Shown here: piece after piece, positions 1 through 10,735 of the stretch | How the letters are laid out: each line of letters starts with the position of its first letter | Position numbering within the stretch: position 1 is the first letter of the stretch | Source: an uncultured Chloroflexia bacterium | GTDB lineage: Bacteria; Chloroflexota; Anaerolineae; JAAYZQ01 | Reading direction: 5' to 3' | DNA length: 64,000 nucleotides | Assembly (NCBI GenBank): GCA_963700285.1 | Contig: CAVOXA010000010.1 | Location: 736,001-800,000, forward strand | Program-made: the position numbers and the translations under genes | Notes under the pieces: model-generated | Database searches by the model: none | What the model was told of the DNA's origin: nothing | Seen by the model: the letters and a program-made list of their open reading frames with translations, nothing else

Positions 1-981
1 GGCCGTGTCCTTGTTTTGACAGGGTTGGTTGCTGGCACCTTGATGATATTTGGATCTGGGATCATGGCCAAGGCGCTGCACTTTGCTGAGAGACAGCCGT
101 TGTGGGTGCTGGCGGCAGCAATGCTGCCACTTGCTTTGATTCCTCTGGTGCTGGGTTTGCTGGCTGGCCAGCAGCGTTTTGGGTCTTTGGGCATGGTACA
201 GGTTTGGGGGTCCGCGATACGCTTGCTGAGCGGACTTGTACTGCTGCGACTTGGTACTGGAGCAACTGGCGCGGTGGCTTCGCTCGCGTGTGCAGCTTGG
301 GCTACGGCGACGATCGGCGGGCTGTCGCTGTCGAATGTGTGGCGGTACTGGCAAGAGCGCCACCAGCCAAAGCTGGAGGCATTGGGCAGTTTTGTGCTGT
401 ACGCAGCCCTGGGAACGATGGGTTTTGCACTGCTCACGGGCATGGACGTTCTGATTGTGAAGGGTCGCTTTCTCCCAATGGAAGCAGGACTCTATGCCTC
501 TGTCAGTACTGTCGGCAAGATCACTCTTTGGATTACCGGAGCACTGGGCATGTTCCTGTTGCCCAAGGCAGCCAGCCGTCACGCACGTGAGCAGGAAACT
601 TCCGGCTTGCTCCGCGGCACGCAGGCATGCGTACTGTTGCTGGGCCTCGGGATGGCCATCCTCTTCTACGGATTATCAGTTCCCCTGATGCACCTAGTCT
701 TCGGCGCAGGGTTCTTGGCCGAAGCAAACTTATTGGGTCCCTATGGCTTGGCGATGGCGGTGTACTCAGTGGTGGGCATCTGGTTCAACTACTTCCTGGC
801 AGTGCGGTATATGCAGTACACATGGATCCTACTGGCCGGGGTCGCCACCCAAGTAGTTGTTCTGGTGCGGTTCTGCAGTACGCTGTCTGAGATTGTTTGG
901 GCGATGTTGGGGGTGGGCTTGGTCCTGGTGGTCTGTGGAGAGGCTTCATACCGGCACTCTTTGCACAGGCGTAGTGTTTGA
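1..981 (+). CDS. Polysaccharide/oligosaccharide flippase (Wzx/MATE-like), 5'-truncated by window edge
   Basis: Multi-TM hydrophobic ORF open from the window start; DxLIVK...EAGLYASVSTVGK pattern; first gene of a glycosyltransferase cluster. Confidence 0.75.
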   Translation, partial: GRVLVLTGLVAGTLMIFGSGIMAKALHFAERQPLWVLAAAMLPLALIPLVLGLLAGQQRFGSLGMVQVWGSAIRLLSGLVLLRLGTGATGAVASLACAAWATATIGGLSLSNVWRYWQERHQPKLEALGSFVLYAALGTMGFALLTGMDVLIVKGRFLPMEAGLYASVSTVGKITLWITGALGMFLLPKAASRHAREQETSGLLRGTQACVLLLGLGMAILFYGLSVPLMHLVFGAGFLAEANLLGPYGLAMAVYSVVGIWFNYFLAVRYMQYTWILLAGVATQVVVLVRFCSTLSEIVWAMLGVGLVLVVCGEASYRHSLHRRSV

Positions 982-1718
982 ACACCATGTGCACGAGGGA
1001 GCCATGCATGGTTGTTGTCTTGCCGACCTACAACGAGGCGGAAAACCTTCCAGCCCTCGTGCCCCGGCTACTGGACATCGCGCCTGTGCGTGTGCTGATT
1101 GTTGACGATGACTCACCCGATGGGACCGGGCAGGTTGCAGATGAACTGAGAGAAGAGTTTCCTTCAAGGGTGGGTGTCCTTCATCGGCGCGGGGTGCCTC
1201 GAGGGCTGGGCTTGGCCTATTCAGATGGGTTCGCATCAGCGTTGGAACAGGGTGCAGACATAGTCATAGGAATGGATGCCGATCAGTCTCACTCTCCAGA
1301 GCATATTCCGACGATGCTGAATATAATGGTTCAGGAAGGCCATGATATCGTGGTCGGTTCTCGATACATCCCAGGCGGCGGGGTTGATGGTGGTTGGGGC
1401 TGGCAACGCCGGTTGCTCAGCCGGGCAGCACAACTGTGGGCCAGAGGACTGTTGGGCCTAGCGACTCACGACGTGACCGGGGCCTTTCGCTGCTATAGCC
1501 GCCGTGCATTGCAGACTCTGGACCTCGAGCAGATGCATCTTGACGGCTTCGGTTTCCTAATCGAGATCGTTCATCAAGCCGAGCGCAAACAGTTGCGAAT
1601 TGCAGAGATACCCATTAGATTCCGCGATAGGGAGTATGGTATGAGCAAAGTTTCGCCTCGCATTGTGGTTGCTGCGGTTGCGCAGGTACTCGGCTTGCGC
1701 CTGAGAGGTGGGAGCTGA
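978..1718 (+). CDS. Polyprenol-monophosphomannose synthase-like GT2 (DPM1 family)
   Basis: VVLPTYNEAENL, VDDDSPDGT, MDADQSH, VVGSRY, GAFRCY, EIPIRFRDREYGMSK motifs. Confidence 0.9.
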   Translation: MNTMCTREPCMVVVLPTYNEAENLPALVPRLLDIAPVRVLIVDDDSPDGTGQVADELREEFPSRVGVLHRRGVPRGLGLAYSDGFASALEQGADIVIGMDADQSHSPEHIPTMLNIMVQEGHDIVVGSRYIPGGGVDGGWGWQRRLLSRAAQLWARGLLGLATHDVTGAFRCYSRRALQTLDLEQMHLDGFGFLIEIVHQAERKQLRIAEIPIRFRDREYGMSKVSPRIVVAAVAQVLGLRLRGGS

Positions 1719-2715
1719 GGTGTTGCCTCTGATCAGCGTGATAATTCCAGTACGACCTGGCGGTGTGGCTCAGGCTGTACTGGAGAGCCTAGCTGGGGTT
1801 GACTATCCCAAAGAGCAGATTGAAGTTCTGATAGCGGAAGGGACGCAGCCCTCCAAGCAGCGCAACGAAGCCGCAAAACAGGCAAGAGGGGATCTGTTGT
1901 ATTTCCTGGATGATGACTCGGCCATCTATGCCAACCTCTTTCGAGACGTACTGAGGTGGTTCTGTGACGACCGCATCGCAGCCGTGGGTGGGCCGGCCGT
2001 TACCAGGCAGACAGACACTTTTGTACAGAAGTGCTTTGGTCATGCTCTCGGAGCCTACTTCGGGTCGCTAGGCATGAGCTACAAGTTCAAGGCGAACGGT
2101 TGGGTGAAAGAAGCGACGGAGCGAGATCTCATTCTGGCGAACCTGGCCATACGCCGTGAGGTCTTTCTGGCTGCTGGGGGTTTCAACGAGAACCTGTATC
2201 CCAACGAGGAGAACGAGTTGCTGAATCGCCTGAGCGGCAAAGGATACCGTTTCATCTACAATGCCGAGGCCGTTGTGTACCGTAGCCAGAGGGAAAACCT
2301 CGCCAAGTTCATGGCCCAGAACTTTAACTATGGCCGAGGGCGCATGGAGCATTTCTTTGTCAATCCAGGTTTCTTTGCACCGATGTTTTTGCTGCCACTA
2401 GTCTTCGTCTTGTACCTGTGTACCGTGCCGTTTGTGGTCAGGTGGTGGTACTTGATCCCCCTGGGGCTGTACGTGTGTCTTGATCTCCTGCAGGCGATTC
2501 AGATAGCCCTGGAGCAGCGCCAAGGCCGTGTGTTGTTGGTTGTTCCGTTTCTGTTTCCACTGATGCATATCTCCTACGGATGTGGCCTGGCCTGGGCGCT
2601 TTCCCGCAGACTCCTGCGCCGCCCCTTGACTTCCTCTGAAGGCGATGTTCTGCAAATCACCCGTGTGCAGCTCGACAGCAATCCAGACCATGCACCAGTA
2701 GGAGGAGATGGGTGA
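1708..2715 (+). CDS. GT2 glycosyltransferase (ExoA-like) with C-terminal TM helices
   Basis: ISVIIP, YFLDDD, GGFNE..YPNEENEL..R, Q.F.YGRGR motifs. Confidence 0.85.
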   Translation: MGAEVLPLISVIIPVRPGGVAQAVLESLAGVDYPKEQIEVLIAEGTQPSKQRNEAAKQARGDLLYFLDDDSAIYANLFRDVLRWFCDDRIAAVGGPAVTRQTDTFVQKCFGHALGAYFGSLGMSYKFKANGWVKEATERDLILANLAIRREVFLAAGGFNENLYPNEENELLNRLSGKGYRFIYNAEAVVYRSQRENLAKFMAQNFNYGRGRMEHFFVNPGFFAPMFLLPLVFVLYLCTVPFVVRWWYLIPLGLYVCLDLLQAIQIALEQRQGRVLLVVPFLFPLMHISYGCGLAWALSRRLLRRPLTSSEGDVLQITRVQLDSNPDHAPVGGDG

Positions 2716-4205
2716 AAGTTGCCATCGTGTATCCCCCGCTGGGGCAAGACCAAGGACACCCCCACTTGGGCCAGAACCGCCAGTTCCGCTATACTCATTC
2801 ACGGGCGGTCAAGATCTACCCAATTGTACCGGCTACGGCTGCAACGTTGCTGAAACAAAATGGCATTGACGTCCTTTACCTCGACGGCATCAACCTGGAG
2901 CTTTCGGATCGGGAGTACGAGCAGCGCCTGGAGCAGTTTGGTCCGGACCTTGTGATGTTGGAGACAAAAGCACCAGTGATCGACCTGCATTGGCAATACA
3001 TGGACAAGTACAAAGCCCAGCATCCAGACACGATTTTGGTATTGGTCGGTGACCACGTCACGGCGTTCCCAGACGAGTCGTTGGAGCGTTGTCAGGTGGA
3101 CTATGTCTTACTCGGAGGGGACTATGATGTCAGCTTGCTGCAACTGGTCCGTCACATTGAAGACGCAGCCCCATTGCCCGGTGGAGCGCACTATCGGCAA
3201 GATGACGGGATACTGAACACCGGACCGTTTGAAATGCTCGATGATCTGGATCAACTGCCATTCATCGACCGTGATCTGACAATGTGGCAGAACTATGGCG
3301 AAGCATACCTATACAAACCGTGTACCTATATCATGAGTGGCCGGGGCTGTGGTCGGTCCGACGGAGGGGGTGGCGTATGCACGTTCTGTATTTGGCAGCA
3401 GAACCTGTGGCAGCGGATCCCGAGGCTGCGTTCTCCGGAGAATGTCGTCGCCGAAATCGACCATCTGGTGAACAGCTACGGGGTTGCCGAGATCTTTGAC
3501 GACAATGACGGCGGGGCCGTCTGGAGCTTGGACTGGCTGCGAGGGTTCCACCGCGAGATGAAACGCCGTGGGCTGATCGGGCGCGTACATTTCTCCTGCA
3601 ATGCCCGCGCCGATTCACTCACGCCCGAGGCGTGCGACTTGATGAAGAGGACTGGATTCCGGCTGCTCAAGGTCGGACTGGAGTCGGGCAACGATGAAAC
3701 GCTGAGGCGTCTCAACAAGCGGGAGAGCGTGGAGGAAATAAAACGGGGAATCAAGACAGCCAAGGACGCCGGGCTCAGGATCTTGATCACCACGATGGTG
3801 GGCTACCCCTGGGAGACAGAAGAGCAAGCTCATCAGACCTACCAGGTGGCCAAAGAGCTGATGACCTACAAAGCACGGGCTGGCGATTCCTTACAGTCGA
3901 GCGTGATTGTTCCATATCCAGGCACACCGCTCTATCATGAGGCAATGAAGAACGGGTGGTTGCTCTATGGGCCCGAGGAGTATGCCAAGTATGATATGTC
4001 TGGACCCGTTCTCAAGACTGAGGTCGACACCGACCATTGGTGCGCCAGGATGTGGCGGGTACACTATGAACCCTTGTTCTTGGCGGGTTCGTTCTTTTCC
4101 ATTCGCTCCTTTGACGACATCCGCCTGCTTTTGGGAGGGGTAAGCTCGTTGTGGGGACACATAAGCGACTATCAAAGTCGGTCCACAGAGGCTGGGCTGG
4201 AATGA
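2712..4205 (+). CDS. Cobalamin-binding domain radical SAM protein
   Basis: N-terminal B12-binding-like domain (YPIVPATAAT, LVGDHVT, DYVLLGG); RGC...CTFC; RSPENVVAEI, VGLESG, MVGYPWET, VPYPGTPLY. Confidence 0.88.
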   Translation: MKVAIVYPPLGQDQGHPHLGQNRQFRYTHSRAVKIYPIVPATAATLLKQNGIDVLYLDGINLELSDREYEQRLEQFGPDLVMLETKAPVIDLHWQYMDKYKAQHPDTILVLVGDHVTAFPDESLERCQVDYVLLGGDYDVSLLQLVRHIEDAAPLPGGAHYRQDDGILNTGPFEMLDDLDQLPFIDRDLTMWQNYGEAYLYKPCTYIMSGRGCGRSDGGGGVCTFCIWQQNLWQRIPRLRSPENVVAEIDHLVNSYGVAEIFDDNDGGAVWSLDWLRGFHREMKRRGLIGRVHFSCNARADSLTPEACDLMKRTGFRLLKVGLESGNDETLRRLNKRESVEEIKRGIKTAKDAGLRILITTMVGYPWETEEQAHQTYQVAKELMTYKARAGDSLQSSVIVPYPGTPLYHEAMKNGWLLYGPEEYAKYDMSGPVLKTEVDTDHWCARMWRVHYEPLFLAGSFFSIRSFDDIRLLLGGVSSLWGHISDYQSRSTEAGLE

Positions 4206-5170
4206 GGCTCTCATGCTTCGAGTCACTTTTCTACATGCCCGAGTACAAAGATAGGAACCTTCTCTTCGATCTTTTCCTACGTGTCTTTGGGTACCCGATC
4301 TATATTCGCCGGTTGGAGGCCCGGTCGATCTTTCGGATGGTGGGCAACATCGATGGCCAGATGGTTCTTGATCTGGGCTGTGGGGATGGGTTCCTGAGTA
4401 TTCCGATGAGCAAGAGGGGGGCCAACGTGGTGGGGGTGGACATCGATGGCGAAAAGTTTGAACTTGCGAAGGAGCGGTTGGCAAAGCTAGATCTGCCGTC
4501 AGAGCCGATATTGGTGGTGGCTGACGCGACTAGCCTGCCATTCAAGGACGAGGTTTTTGATGCCACAGTCAGTAACTGTGTCATTGAGCACATCCCAGAT
4601 GACGATGCCGTATTCCGAGAAGTCTACCGAACCATCCGACAGAACAAACCCTTTGTGGCAACAATGCCGAGCGAAGAAGGAAAAAGCATCATTCCCTTTA
4701 CCGCTCTGTGGATCAAGAGTCCCAGGTGGTTACGCAGCCTGTTTGCACCCAGGTATCTTGCGGCCAACGAGTTTGGGTCGGTCAGAGAAGCCCGCAAGTT
4801 TCTCAAGCGCCAGGTGCTGGCTGAACACCAAAACTACACGCGACCCGGATTGTTTGCCCAGTTGGCAGCCTCCGGGTTTGAGATTGAAGAGTTCGAGTAT
4901 TTGATCCAGTTTTTTGGGGCCATTGTGCAGGATGTCGTTTTTGGGTTGCGAGCGATTTTCCTGAACATGGGCACGGCCTTATTGTTTCCAATCTTTTATC
5001 CGATCTGCCTGCTGGACACAAGATTCGTCCCTGAGGATGTTGTAGGTGAAGAGTTTGCCTTTCTGGCCTACAAACCTAGAATCAGACAAGCACCTCGCTG
5101 CGGGTCGCCAGTCTGGGCCATGAGGCGGACAAACGCGGCTCAGATCGACCACAGCCAACGAGGCCAGTGA
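4202..5170 (+). CDS. Class I SAM-dependent methyltransferase
   Basis: VLDLGCGDG, GVDID, ADATSLPF, VIEHIPDD; ATG at 4202 overlaps the upstream TGA (ATGA). Confidence 0.85.
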   Translation: MRLSCFESLFYMPEYKDRNLLFDLFLRVFGYPIYIRRLEARSIFRMVGNIDGQMVLDLGCGDGFLSIPMSKRGANVVGVDIDGEKFELAKERLAKLDLPSEPILVVADATSLPFKDEVFDATVSNCVIEHIPDDDAVFREVYRTIRQNKPFVATMPSEEGKSIIPFTALWIKSPRWLRSLFAPRYLAANEFGSVREARKFLKRQVLAEHQNYTRPGLFAQLAASGFEIEEFEYLIQFFGAIVQDVVFGLRAIFLNMGTALLFPIFYPICLLDTRFVPEDVVGEEFAFLAYKPRIRQAPRCGSPVWAMRRTNAAQIDHSQRGQ

Positions 5171-6337
5171 ATGCAGATACTGATGGTCGCTGCGGGTATG
5201 AGCTTGCTATCCGGCGAGGACCGAAGGCTCATCGAGCTGGGTAAGCGATGGATTGAGAAAGGTCACAGGATTGACTGCCTGATCCCTGCATCCTCGCTCG
5301 AGGTGTGCCAGCAGGAGGGTCTGAAGGCCAACTTTATCACCTTTCCCCCTGTACTCTCGGATGCAACCTGGCTAAACATCGGTGTGGTATGGACTGTCAG
5401 AGCGTTGGCCGCGTCCGTTTCTCTGCCCAGAAGCTGGCGTGGTGATGTTGTCTATTCGCGATCTAGGCTTTATCCTGATTTGATTCCTGCCTGGCTCCTG
5501 AAGAGACGACACCGCGACGCCAAATGGATCGTGAGTATTGCTCACTGGATCCAATCGCCCTCGAAGCGTCCCAGGGGAGACATTCTGGACTGGGTCGTCC
5601 AACTATGGCGCTTACCTGCTCGAACAGGCAGGCCTAGTCATGGCAACTCGCTACGCAGATATGATCACAACCCACAACGCAGCAGCGTCGGAGGAGATCG
5701 CTTCGGAGGACCAGGGCGAGCGTCGCATTGACCGGTGATGGGATCGACAGAAGGCTGATTGATTCGGTTACAGTACGTCAGCTTAGAATATGACGCCTCA
5801 TTTGTGGGCCGTATCCATCCTACAAAGGGGATCTCGGATCTGATTCAGGCCTGGCGATTGGTGTGTGACAAGCGGCCGGATGCCAAGCTGGCGATTGTGG
5901 GCGGCACACTACCGGGAAAGGCCGCCTACGAACAGTCGCTGCATGACAAGGTCCGGGAATCCGACTTGGAGCAAGAACGTCACCTTTCTGGGTTTTTGGA
6001 GACAGAGGAGGTGTTCCGAACGATCAAGTCGAGCAGGGTGTTCGTGTTTCCAAGCTACGAGGAGGGGTGGGGATTGGCCATCCTTGAGGCCATGGCTTGC
6101 AAGGTCCCGGTCGTTGCTTACGATCTTCCAGTTTACCGTGACATCTTTGGGGATAGCCTTTGTACGGTGCCAGTTGGAGACATTGACTTGCTGGCACGCC
6201 AAATCAATGACCTCTTGGAGAACAGGAACTTGCAGCATCTCAAGTCAGAGGCAGGCTATTCGCTCGCCACTCAGCACGATTGGGATGCCGTCGCAGCGCA
6301 AGAGTTGGTCAGCATCGAAGGGATCGTGAGGTCATGA
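5171..6337 (+). pseudogene. GT4 glycosyltransferase broken by about 3 frameshifts (5580-5790); pseudogene or assembly error
   Basis: N-terminal GT4 half in 5171..5731; middle in other frames (YLLEQAGLVMATRYADMITT; TGDGIDRRLIDSV); C-half FVGRIHPTKG, PSYEEGWGLAILEAMAC in 5759..6337. Confidence 0.75.
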
Positions 6338-6356
6338 GAATTGGGATGCGCCCCGG

Positions 6357-7490
6357 ATGACAGGACGAACTACGAAAGTGGGAAAACGAGTCCTTGTGGT
6401 CTCGATGTTTCCCATGTCCACACCGACTCTGCTCTCCAGGCTCTTGCCTCTGGCTCGCAGACTGGTCGACCGCGGCTACCGGTTCACCTTTCTGGTTAGC
6501 GACCCTGCCGGCGTTGACCCGGGACACCCGGCCATCAAAGTCACTCCGTTCCGCAGTATGCCGGACCTTGTCCAGCGGATCATGAAGGTGTCATCTGGCC
6601 AGTACGACATTGTCCATGCGCACAAGCCGTTCAGCGTGACGGGCTTTGCCTGCTACGTTGGCTGCATGCTCAAGAGGGACGTCGCTTTCGTCCTGGAGGC
6701 AGATGACCTGGAACAGGCAGCCCACCAAGTACGGACGCGCCAGGTGCAAGAGATCTTTTTCGAAAAGTTCTTGATGCGAGCGGCACAACACGTCACAACG
6801 AATTCCTGGAATCTGCTTGCCTATTGGAAACAGGCGACGTATATCCCCGTGAGCGCCGAACTGGATGTCTTTGACGGCTCGCGAATCAGCGAGGCCGAGC
6901 GCGGACGAGTGCGCGACAGGTATGGCATACAGGGGAAAATGATGCTGTGGGTAGCCAGGCTTGCAGGAGACATCGATCAAGAATACATCTTTCAGATCTT
7001 CCATGAAATTGCGGCCAAGCAGGCCGACCTGAGCCTGCTGGTCATAGGCGATGGGGAGTACCATTCCGCCATGCAGGCACGGGTTAGGGAGATTGGCCTC
7101 GACGAGCATGTCGTATTTACGGGCCGGATCCCCTTTTCGGATCTACCACAGTACTATGCGGCTGCAGATCTGTCCTTTCTTCCCTTGCGAAACCAGCCCT
7201 TCGATCAATGCAAGGCGCCTACCAAACTCCCGGAGGCGATGGCCATGGAACTGCCCATTGTCTCGACAGATATCGGAGAGCCCAAGCACGTCATCGAGGA
7301 GGCCAACTGTGGTCTTCTAATCCCCTTCGATGACGCATCTTCGGCTGCGGCACGAGTTCTGGACCTGATGGCCGACGGGGAACGGTGCAGGATGCTGGGC
7401 AAGAATGGGCGGAGATACCTGGAGCGCTATCGGAACTATGATCTGTTGGCCGAGGAACTGCACAGGGTATATGAAAAAGCTGCGAGCTAG
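6357..7490 (+). CDS. GT4 glycosyltransferase
   Basis: VIGDG, FTGRIP, PTKLPEAMAMELPIVSTDIG motifs. Confidence 0.88.
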   Translation: MTGRTTKVGKRVLVVSMFPMSTPTLLSRLLPLARRLVDRGYRFTFLVSDPAGVDPGHPAIKVTPFRSMPDLVQRIMKVSSGQYDIVHAHKPFSVTGFACYVGCMLKRDVAFVLEADDLEQAAHQVRTRQVQEIFFEKFLMRAAQHVTTNSWNLLAYWKQATYIPVSAELDVFDGSRISEAERGRVRDRYGIQGKMMLWVARLAGDIDQEYIFQIFHEIAAKQADLSLLVIGDGEYHSAMQARVREIGLDEHVVFTGRIPFSDLPQYYAAADLSFLPLRNQPFDQCKAPTKLPEAMAMELPIVSTDIGEPKHVIEEANCGLLIPFDDASSAAARVLDLMADGERCRMLGKNGRRYLERYRNYDLLAEELHRVYEKAAS

Positions 7491-10400
7491 GTGGCAGTTC
7501 TTCCTCGTACCGGCAGGGTATCTGGCTGTCGCTGCATTGGTTTACCGCAGGCTACTGCTTGCACCAGGATATGTGGGCTTTCGCCACGACTGGGGGCCGC
7601 TGCCTTTTCTGGCTGAACAGTACAACCAGCTTCCAGTCAAGGACCTTTATATTTGGGTACGGACATACACCGCCTTGGGGCAACCTTCGCTTTTTCCCAC
7701 CGAGTACCCTGAGAGAATCCTGCTCAGTTTCCTGGGGTCGTGGGTGGGAGGGGAAGTGATAACCAAGGGATACCTAATAGGGACCGCTGTCTTGGCGGGC
7801 TCGCTGCTCTACGGCCTGTGTCGTCATCTGAGACTGTCAAGGTCGACAGCGTTTGTAGCCGGTCTCTTTTATATGTTGACGCCCTATGTGTTCGATTCGG
7901 CTGTGGCTGGCCATACGCCGCTCATGCTGGGCTACAGCTTGTTGCCCCTGGTACTGCTCAGCTACATGAAGCTGACAGAGTCTGAACGGCTGAATTGGCC
8001 ACTCATCGGTGCCACCAGCCTTCTCATTGTGCTGGCGAGTACGGCGATTCAATTCCTTGTGCTCTCCTTCGCAACCTGCTTTCTGTACTGCCTCTTTGCA
8101 CCTGGCCTCCGCAAGTTCTGGCACTCATTCAAAGTCCTTCTCATCCTGCTCAGCCTGGTCCTGCTGATGGAGTCGACTTCACTCGCCGGCGTTGGGTTCC
8201 AACTCCAGAATGCCCTGTCCATGGCGGGCGGTGGTGGAGAGGCAAGCACTGGCTTCCTGCGATTTGCCAGCGTCCCCCTGGTGCGAAGGTTCGCCCTGAC
8301 GGGTCTATGGACTTCGGCAGACTATTTCCTTGATGCCCTGCCTGGGGGGCTCGTGCCCGCGGATTGGGGCGTTGCTCTCCTCTATTTGTCGCCTTTGCTG
8401 GCGTTCACAGCCCTGGTCCTGCGCCCGAGAGATCGGGTGGTTCTGTTCTTTGGTGCCCTGACCTTGCTCAGCCTGTTCCTGAGTAAGGGCGTCGCCCCGC
8501 CATTTGGGGAGTTCTTTCTATGGATCTACCAGCGTTTCCCGCCGATCAGGATGTTCCGACACGTTTCTCGTATTCTGCCGCCGGCTGCACTGGGCCTGGC
8601 CATGTTGCTTGGCTTTGGCCTTGATGCGCTGCGAGAGCGGCTCAAGTGGCGCGACCAGAAGGTGAGCGTTGCCTTTTCCGGCCTGGCCATTGCCGTTGTC
8701 GTACTCGGGCTGCAGCCCTGGTTCATAGGGGGAGACCTATCCGGGCAGTTGCAGCAGGTGAAACCTGTCGCTGAGTATCAGGTGGCATATCGAAGCCTGG
8801 CGCGGGAGGCCGGCGATTTCCGCATTCTGTGGGTGCCGATGTCCCAGCCCTTTTCCTATGCGTACAGCGAGTTTGCGGGCATGGACCCATTAATACTTTA
8901 TCCTCCCAAACCGACCGTCGGCAACGTAACTCAGGGCAAGCTTCCCTCGTTTCTTGACTATGGCATGCGACTGGCGCGTACTGACATTAAAAGGCTTCTG
9001 GATCTGGCAAACATCGGGTACGTGATCTATCGGGATGACTACCGGTCGAAACTCACCGAGTTCACCACCGTTGGCTACGACCCATCGGTGTCAAAGGCGC
9101 TGTGGACGAACTGGAGACTGATGCAAGTTCTGGGGGACGATGAGGAACTGAAACTGGTACACAGCCTGGGACCCCTACAGGTCTATGAGAACCAGCACTT
9201 TCTGCCGCACATCTTTGCATCAGGCAACATGGCTCTCGTCTCTGGCGGAGCTCTGACGCTGCTAACAGACAAGGCCAATGTCCTGGAGGGCGATCTCGGA
9301 AGAGGCGGAGACGTAGTGTTCGCGCCCCAACTCAGTTCTGCGGACAGCCCCTACACGGACCGGATCGAATCTGTCGTGGTTGTGGACGGCGAGTACCTCG
9401 ACCTTCAGTCCGCCTTTGTTCCGGACCAGTACAGGCTTGATCCCGCCGCCGTCACGAAGGAAGTGCAAGACGCCAACGAGGGGTGGGTGGACATCGATCG
9501 CGACTGGGGCTCCTGGTGGTACTACAACGTCAACTATCTGGCGGCTCCCGAAAGCGCAGCACTCAGCAAGACTGCGGCCACCCTGCCTATGTCCTTTTCC
9601 CTTGAAGAGCCAGGGGACTATGAGGTCTGGGCCAAGGTATACAAGGGGACAAAAGGTTCAGGCCTGGTATTTGAGCTTGATGGGGAACGTCTTGGCCAGG
9701 TAGAGACCAAGAGTCCTATCGACGAGGGCTTTCGTTGGATCCACCTGGGCTCAGTTGACCTTTTGCCCGGATCACACCAGCTCGAGGTTGTCAGCCACGG
9801 CGGTGAGAATGTTTTGGCCAGAGCACTGGTGGTGCCGGCCGCCGAGTGGCAGGCGGCCTCGGCCAAGGCTCAGTCGCTGCTCGATACCAAAGAGCTGATT
9901 CTAATCCATCGCCCGCAGGGACAGAGCGATGATGGACTCAATCCTGGTAGGGTAGAGATAAACCAGCCGGGTCCTTACCTGATACCAAGAACTGCTGGCT
10001 ACGAGATCAAGGTCGGATTCGTCGACGTGCCAGGAGTCCGGGAAAAGATGCCGCCATCGATCACACTGCGGGTGGATGGCGAACGATTGATTGCTCACCA
10101 GCAGCCAGGGCAACCGGCTCAAGAGGTCGACTGGTATGCAGTCCCCAACGTCACGCTCAGCGCTGGCGAGCACGCGATTGAGGTGGTAGCACCCCCGGAG
10201 GGACCCTATCCTTCTGTGATCAAGATGGCCACCCATTCTGAGTTGGCAGAACAGGAGGCTGTGTCCCCCGGCCTCGTGCATGAGGAGGTCAATCCAACTC
10301 GCTATCGCGTCCAGGTCACCGACGCACGAGCGCCCTATCATCTGGTGTTCAGCGAGTCCTTCGCCCCAGGGTGGGAGGCGTATGTGCGAGAGTCGCCCGA

Positions 10401-10674
10401 GGACACTCGGGATGAATTTGCATGGTCGGCGCTCCTCAGCCAACTGTGGCGCCACTGGAAAGGCGTGCGCAGGAGCAAGCTGGACGACCACCTGCAGGTG
10501 AATGGCTACGCCAACGGGTGGTACGTTGACCGAGAGGGAAGCTACACCATCGATGTGGAGTACCGTTTTCAGCCTGCCTACGAGATCGCGCTGTTGGTCA
10601 CCGGCGCGACGCTGGCAGTCTGTGCCATACTCGCGCTCGGAGTTGTGACCAGAAGGCTGGCACGGAGCACTTGA
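7471..10674 (+). CDS. Large GT-C-like membrane protein (AftD/DUF3367- or YfhO-like) with extracellular beta-sandwich domains and C-terminal TM
   Basis: About 11-13 TMs with HDW, AGLFYMLTP and MFRHVSR motifs; extracellular domain; HLVFSESFAPGWEA and VNGYANGW motifs; ATG at 7471 overlaps the upstream gene. Confidence 0.65.
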   Translation: MKKLRARWQFFLVPAGYLAVAALVYRRLLLAPGYVGFRHDWGPLPFLAEQYNQLPVKDLYIWVRTYTALGQPSLFPTEYPERILLSFLGSWVGGEVITKGYLIGTAVLAGSLLYGLCRHLRLSRSTAFVAGLFYMLTPYVFDSAVAGHTPLMLGYSLLPLVLLSYMKLTESERLNWPLIGATSLLIVLASTAIQFLVLSFATCFLYCLFAPGLRKFWHSFKVLLILLSLVLLMESTSLAGVGFQLQNALSMAGGGGEASTGFLRFASVPLVRRFALTGLWTSADYFLDALPGGLVPADWGVALLYLSPLLAFTALVLRPRDRVVLFFGALTLLSLFLSKGVAPPFGEFFLWIYQRFPPIRMFRHVSRILPPAALGLAMLLGFGLDALRERLKWRDQKVSVAFSGLAIAVVVLGLQPWFIGGDLSGQLQQVKPVAEYQVAYRSLAREAGDFRILWVPMSQPFSYAYSEFAGMDPLILYPPKPTVGNVTQGKLPSFLDYGMRLARTDIKRLLDLANIGYVIYRDDYRSKLTEFTTVGYDPSVSKALWTNWRLMQVLGDDEELKLVHSLGPLQVYENQHFLPHIFASGNMALVSGGALTLLTDKANVLEGDLGRGGDVVFAPQLSSADSPYTDRIESVVVVDGEYLDLQSAFVPDQYRLDPAAVTKEVQDANEGWVDIDRDWGSWWYYNVNYLAAPESAALSKTAATLPMSFSLEEPGDYEVWAKVYKGTKGSGLVFELDGERLGQVETKSPIDEGFRWIHLGSVDLLPGSHQLEVVSHGGENVLARALVVPAAEWQAASAKAQSLLDTKELILIHRPQGQSDDGLNPGRVEINQPGPYLIPRTAGYEIKVGFVDVPGVREKMPPSITLRVDGERLIAHQQPGQPAQEVDWYAVPNVTLSAGEHAIEVVAPPEGPYPSVIKMATHSELAEQEAVSPGLVHEEVNPTRYRVQVTDARAPYHLVFSESFAPGWEAYVRESPEDTRDEFAWSALLSQLWRHWKGVRRSKLDDHLQVNGYANGWYVDREGSYTIDVEYRFQPAYEIALLVTGATLAVCAILALGVVTRRLARST

Positions 10675-10735
10675 GGCCGGTCGGGCGTGTCAGTCCGCCT
10701 GACCACTAGCAAAACCAGAAACCGGATACCAGGTC

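Noticed and set aside
5729-5760. TGA codons in the broken GT4 as selenocysteine readthrough
   Set aside because: Continuation needs frame changes, not readthrough; no SECIS or redox motif
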